DNA of 64,000 nucleotides from Vairimorpha necatrix (Eukaryota): NCBI GenBank assembly GCA_036630325.1, contig CP142735.1, positions 372,001 to 436,000 of the forward strand, read 5' to 3'. Shown piece by piece: positions 61,285 to 64,000 of this stretch (position 1 is its first letter; each line of letters starts with the position of its first letter). The notes under the pieces were generated by a model. It saw only the letters and a program-made list of their open reading frames with translations, ran no database searches and was not told where the DNA came from. The position numbers and the translations under genes were made by a program.

Positions 61285-64000
61285 TACTACCTCCTCCAGC
61301 AGATTTGACATTCCTTATGTGCGTCCACACATAATTCCCATCAAGTTTCACCCAAAATCCTTTACGTCCTACTTCCAATATTCTTCGCGGTTCTAATTCG
61401 AATTTAGGGTCTAATTTGTTAGCATGAAATTTTACCTTATATACTAGGTCGCCTTTTGCATATTTAATTTTAAACACTTTGTGTTTCAATTTTAATGTAA
61501 CTTCCTTCTTTAAGTTAAACCTATCATAAAAATTACTTCCCAAGATTATGTTCATGGGCGATGTCCCTATTGTTCTATTATAATTGATATTTAAAACGTC
61601 CTCTGCTCTTTTGACCACATAACATATATTCTTTCCTTTATTCAAAGCCATTGTAAAAGCTATAGTCCTATTTAATCGCTCAGAGACTCCATTACTGCTA
61701 GGAGTGTATTCAAGAACAAGTATTTGTCTTACGTTATTTTCTTGGCAGTATTTAGTAACTGACATGTTATCAAATTGTTTTCCATTATCCGAGATTATAT
61801 ATTTGGGAGCTGTGTATTCCTCTGTCCATTGTTGAATCATTTGAATAACGTCACTCGCTTTAATTCTTTCAAAGAAGTATAGTTTGGTAAATCTTGAATA
61901 AATGTCAGTTATTGACAATATATTCCCTGTCTCTTTCACACAGTCGTTTTGGAATTCAGAAACATTAAATGGACCAAAAATGTCCATTGAGATCCTTTCA
62001 AACTTATTTTCGGATATGATTTTATTATCAATGTCATGCTTGTACCGATTAATTTTCAATCTGTAACACATGCCGCAGGTTCTTGTTACCTCGGTTATCA
62101 ATTGGAATAAATTCTTTACTTTGACATAGTTCTTTATGTTATTATACATGGTAGTAATTCCTCTGTGTCCGGACAATTTATGTATCTGTTCCAGCAAATA
62201 TCTATATTTATTCCGATCAATGACGACTCGTTTGTTTTTGTCGATTATTAATTTTCCATTTCGTGTTTTAATAGCACATTTGTCAATAAGTTCGTCATAC
62301 TCTGTCTTAACGTTCAAGTTTTCCATGTATAAGCATCGCGACAAACTGTCGGCGATGATGTTTTTATCTCCATCGATATGAATAATTTTATGATTAAATT
62401 CATTCATCAATAAGCGCCACCTTTCAAGCCTGGACGTTTTCTTTTGGTTGCCGTGTACGCAGTTTCTACTATCTGTGTATATCTCAATGTAGCAACCTTG
62501 AATAATGGTTTTAAAATGTATTGAGGCCAAAACTATTGCTAAATATTCCTTTTCTACTATGGTATAATTTAATTCAAATCCATTTAATTTCTTGGAATAA
62601 TATCCTGTTACCCGATCTTCTTGTTTTAAAACCGCTCCAAGGCCCAGATCTGAAGCATCACACTCTAGTATAAATTTTTTTGAATAATCTGGAAAGGAAA
62701 GTTTTGCTCCTTCTGAAATTTCTTTTTTGATTTCGTTAATTACGGATTTTGCCTTTTCACTTAAGCTTAGTTTTTTATTGTTTTGTTTTAACATATTGCT
62801 TACTTCGCAAATTCTCGTTGATAGTTTTGGTACAAATTTTCTGTACCAGTTTATTACTCCCATCAATTTTTGTACGTCTTTCCTGGTTGAGATCTCTTTA
62901 TTAAATATTTTGTTATCCAAACTCTTAAGGTTAGGATAAATGCCTTCTTTATCAATTTTATATCTCAGTATACTTATTTCTTGATGGAAAAATTTGCACT
63001 TATCAAAATTTATCTTCACGTGTTTATCATGCAAAGTGTCCAAGATAGTTTCAAGGGTTTTAACGTGCTCTTCTTTTGTTAAAGTGAAAATGACTATGTC
63101 ATCTATATAAACAAAACAGTTGGGTATATCAGCCAATATTTCCGCAATGTATCTTTGAAAAACTTTAGGGCCTGGTTTTATACCAAAAGGAATCCTCTTG
63201 TATTGGTACTGCCGCTCTAATAACATAAACGAGGTAAACTTCTTGCTTTCTGGACTTATAGGTATTTGGTTAAAACCATTTTGGAGGTCCAGACTGCTAA
63301 AATATTTGTTTTGGCCAATTGTCCTTAGACAATCGTCTATTTTTGGTAAGATCCATGGGTCATCTTCAAGATGTTCATTCATTTTCTTATAATCCACGAC
63401 CAATCTAAGGTCATTGTTCTTCTTTTTTAAAAAGAATGCGGGGCTGGAAAAGGGGGAGTTACTCACTTCGATTATATCTTCCTTCAATAGTCTCGCGACT
63501 TCTGCTTTCCCTTGTTCATAGTACTTATGGGGGACACTGTACCCGTGTGATTGAATAACTTTCATTGTATTTTTAATAGTAAATGTGGCAGGTTCAACCT
63601 GTATTTTTTTAAAACTTTCATTCATAACCATATACTCCTTAATTTTTTTATTTAAACTTTCCTTAGCAGCTTGCATAGTGAAACAAATCTTCTCACTAAG
63701 ACGGTCGTCCAATATTTCGTCGGTTGTCTTGTCGCAACCAAGTAGTTTGACCAATTTCTCTCTGATAATTAAAATTCTCCTACTGAAATCTATCTTGCAA
63801 TCATTATTCTCAAAAAATTCTAGACCCAAAATAAATTTTACTGGAAGCCTTTTAAGAACGTAAAAGTCGATTTTATAATCTTCACTTCCAAATTTTACAG
63901 TTTCCCTGACAATTTGTGAGGATTCTTCTTCCTCTCCGTTTCCAAATGAGACTCTAATTGGTTTGGTATCTTCCATTTTTAAATTAAGTTTTTTTACCAT
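61274..64000 (-). CDS. pol: Pol polyprotein, partial (protease C-terminus, RT, RNase H, integrase)
   Basis: 908 open codons with ILGLEF, RLVVDYKKMN, IPFG, YIDD, CDAS, HHCC and SDNGKQF. The stop lies inside the 3' LTR. Confidence 0.93.
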   Translation of the reverse strand: MVKKLNLKMEDTKPIRVSFGNGEEEESSQIVRETVKFGSEDYKIDFYVLKRLPVKFILGLEFFENNDCKIDFSRRILIIREKLVKLLGCDKTTDEILDDRLSEKICFTMQAAKESLNKKIKEYMVMNESFKKIQVEPATFTIKNTMKVIQSHGYSVPHKYYEQGKAEVARLLKEDIIEVSNSPFSSPAFFLKKKNNDLRLVVDYKKMNEHLEDDPWILPKIDDCLRTIGQNKYFSSLDLQNGFNQIPISPESKKFTSFMLLERQYQYKRIPFGIKPGPKVFQRYIAEILADIPNCFVYIDDIVIFTLTKEEHVKTLETILDTLHDKHVKINFDKCKFFHQEISILRYKIDKEGIYPNLKSLDNKIFNKEISTRKDVQKLMGVINWYRKFVPKLSTRICEVSNMLKQNNKKLSLSEKAKSVINEIKKEISEGAKLSFPDYSKKFILECDASDLGLGAVLKQEDRVTGYYSKKLNGFELNYTIVEKEYLAIVLASIHFKTIIQGCYIEIYTDSRNCVHGNQKKTSRLERWRLLMNEFNHKIIHIDGDKNIIADSLSRCLYMENLNVKTEYDELIDKCAIKTRNGKLIIDKNKRVVIDRNKYRYLLEQIHKLSGHRGITTMYNNIKNYVKVKNLFQLITEVTRTCGMCYRLKINRYKHDIDNKIISENKFERISMDIFGPFNVSEFQNDCVKETGNILSITDIYSRFTKLYFFERIKASDVIQMIQQWTEEYTAPKYIISDNGKQFDNMSVTKYCQENNVRQILVLEYTPSSNGVSERLNRTIAFTMALNKGKNICYVVKRAEDVLNINYNRTIGTSPMNIILGSNFYDRFNLKKEVTLKLKHKVFKIKYAKGDLVYKVKFHANKLDPKFELEPRRILEVGRKGFWVKLDGNYVWTHIRNVKSAGGGSMWY

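Larger units (their letters stand above)
60967..64000 (-). mobile_element. Ty3/gypsy retrotransposon G4 (5' part beyond window)
   Basis: 3' LTR at 60967-61284, PPT GGAGGAGG and an open pol. Confidence 0.92.

Noticed and set aside
220-63863. Many short antisense ORFs in the track
   Set aside because: They are shadows of TE coding strands with no independent motifs.
1-64000. rRNA, tRNA, telomeric repeats, or a bacterial origin of the IS1016-like elements
   Set aside because: No RNA-gene or telomere signatures were seen. The elements are interleaved with LTR retrotransposons and MULEs, indicating a eukaryotic genome.

Overview
AT-rich eukaryotic DNA made almost entirely of nested transposable elements. 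The host is inferred to be a TE-rich microsporidian, from CCC-motif-then-ATG starts, no apparent introns and abundant Merlin elements; this cannot be proven from the window. Boundaries were read from TIRs, LTRs and target-site duplications (TSDs). The window holds about 17 Merlin (IS1016/ISXO2-like DDE) copies from at least 10 families, 4 Ginger-like integrase DNA transposons, 2 Mutator elements, 1 Tc1/IS630 element, 1 RLE-type non-LTR retroelement remnant, several Ty3/gypsy LTR retrotransposons and several solo LTRs. The gypsy set includes one intact copy with identical LTRs and one open pol that runs off the window. Non-TE sequence is limited to a decayed viral-type D5 primase-helicase and a decayed putative secreted-protein gene. 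The main observation is three divergent copies of a minimal gypsy-like family ('SL'), each about 3.11 kb after removing nested inserts. They have 48-49 bp LTRs holding a CCC motif and an ATG, and no aspartic protease between the Gag zinc knuckle and RT. Also notable: gag start codons inside the LTR in three gypsy families, a mirror-image promoter/start palindrome in Merlin family A, and a shared promoter-side TIR hairpin in six Merlin families. No rRNA, tRNA or CRISPR array was found. Family labels (A-J, SL, G2-G4) are my own.
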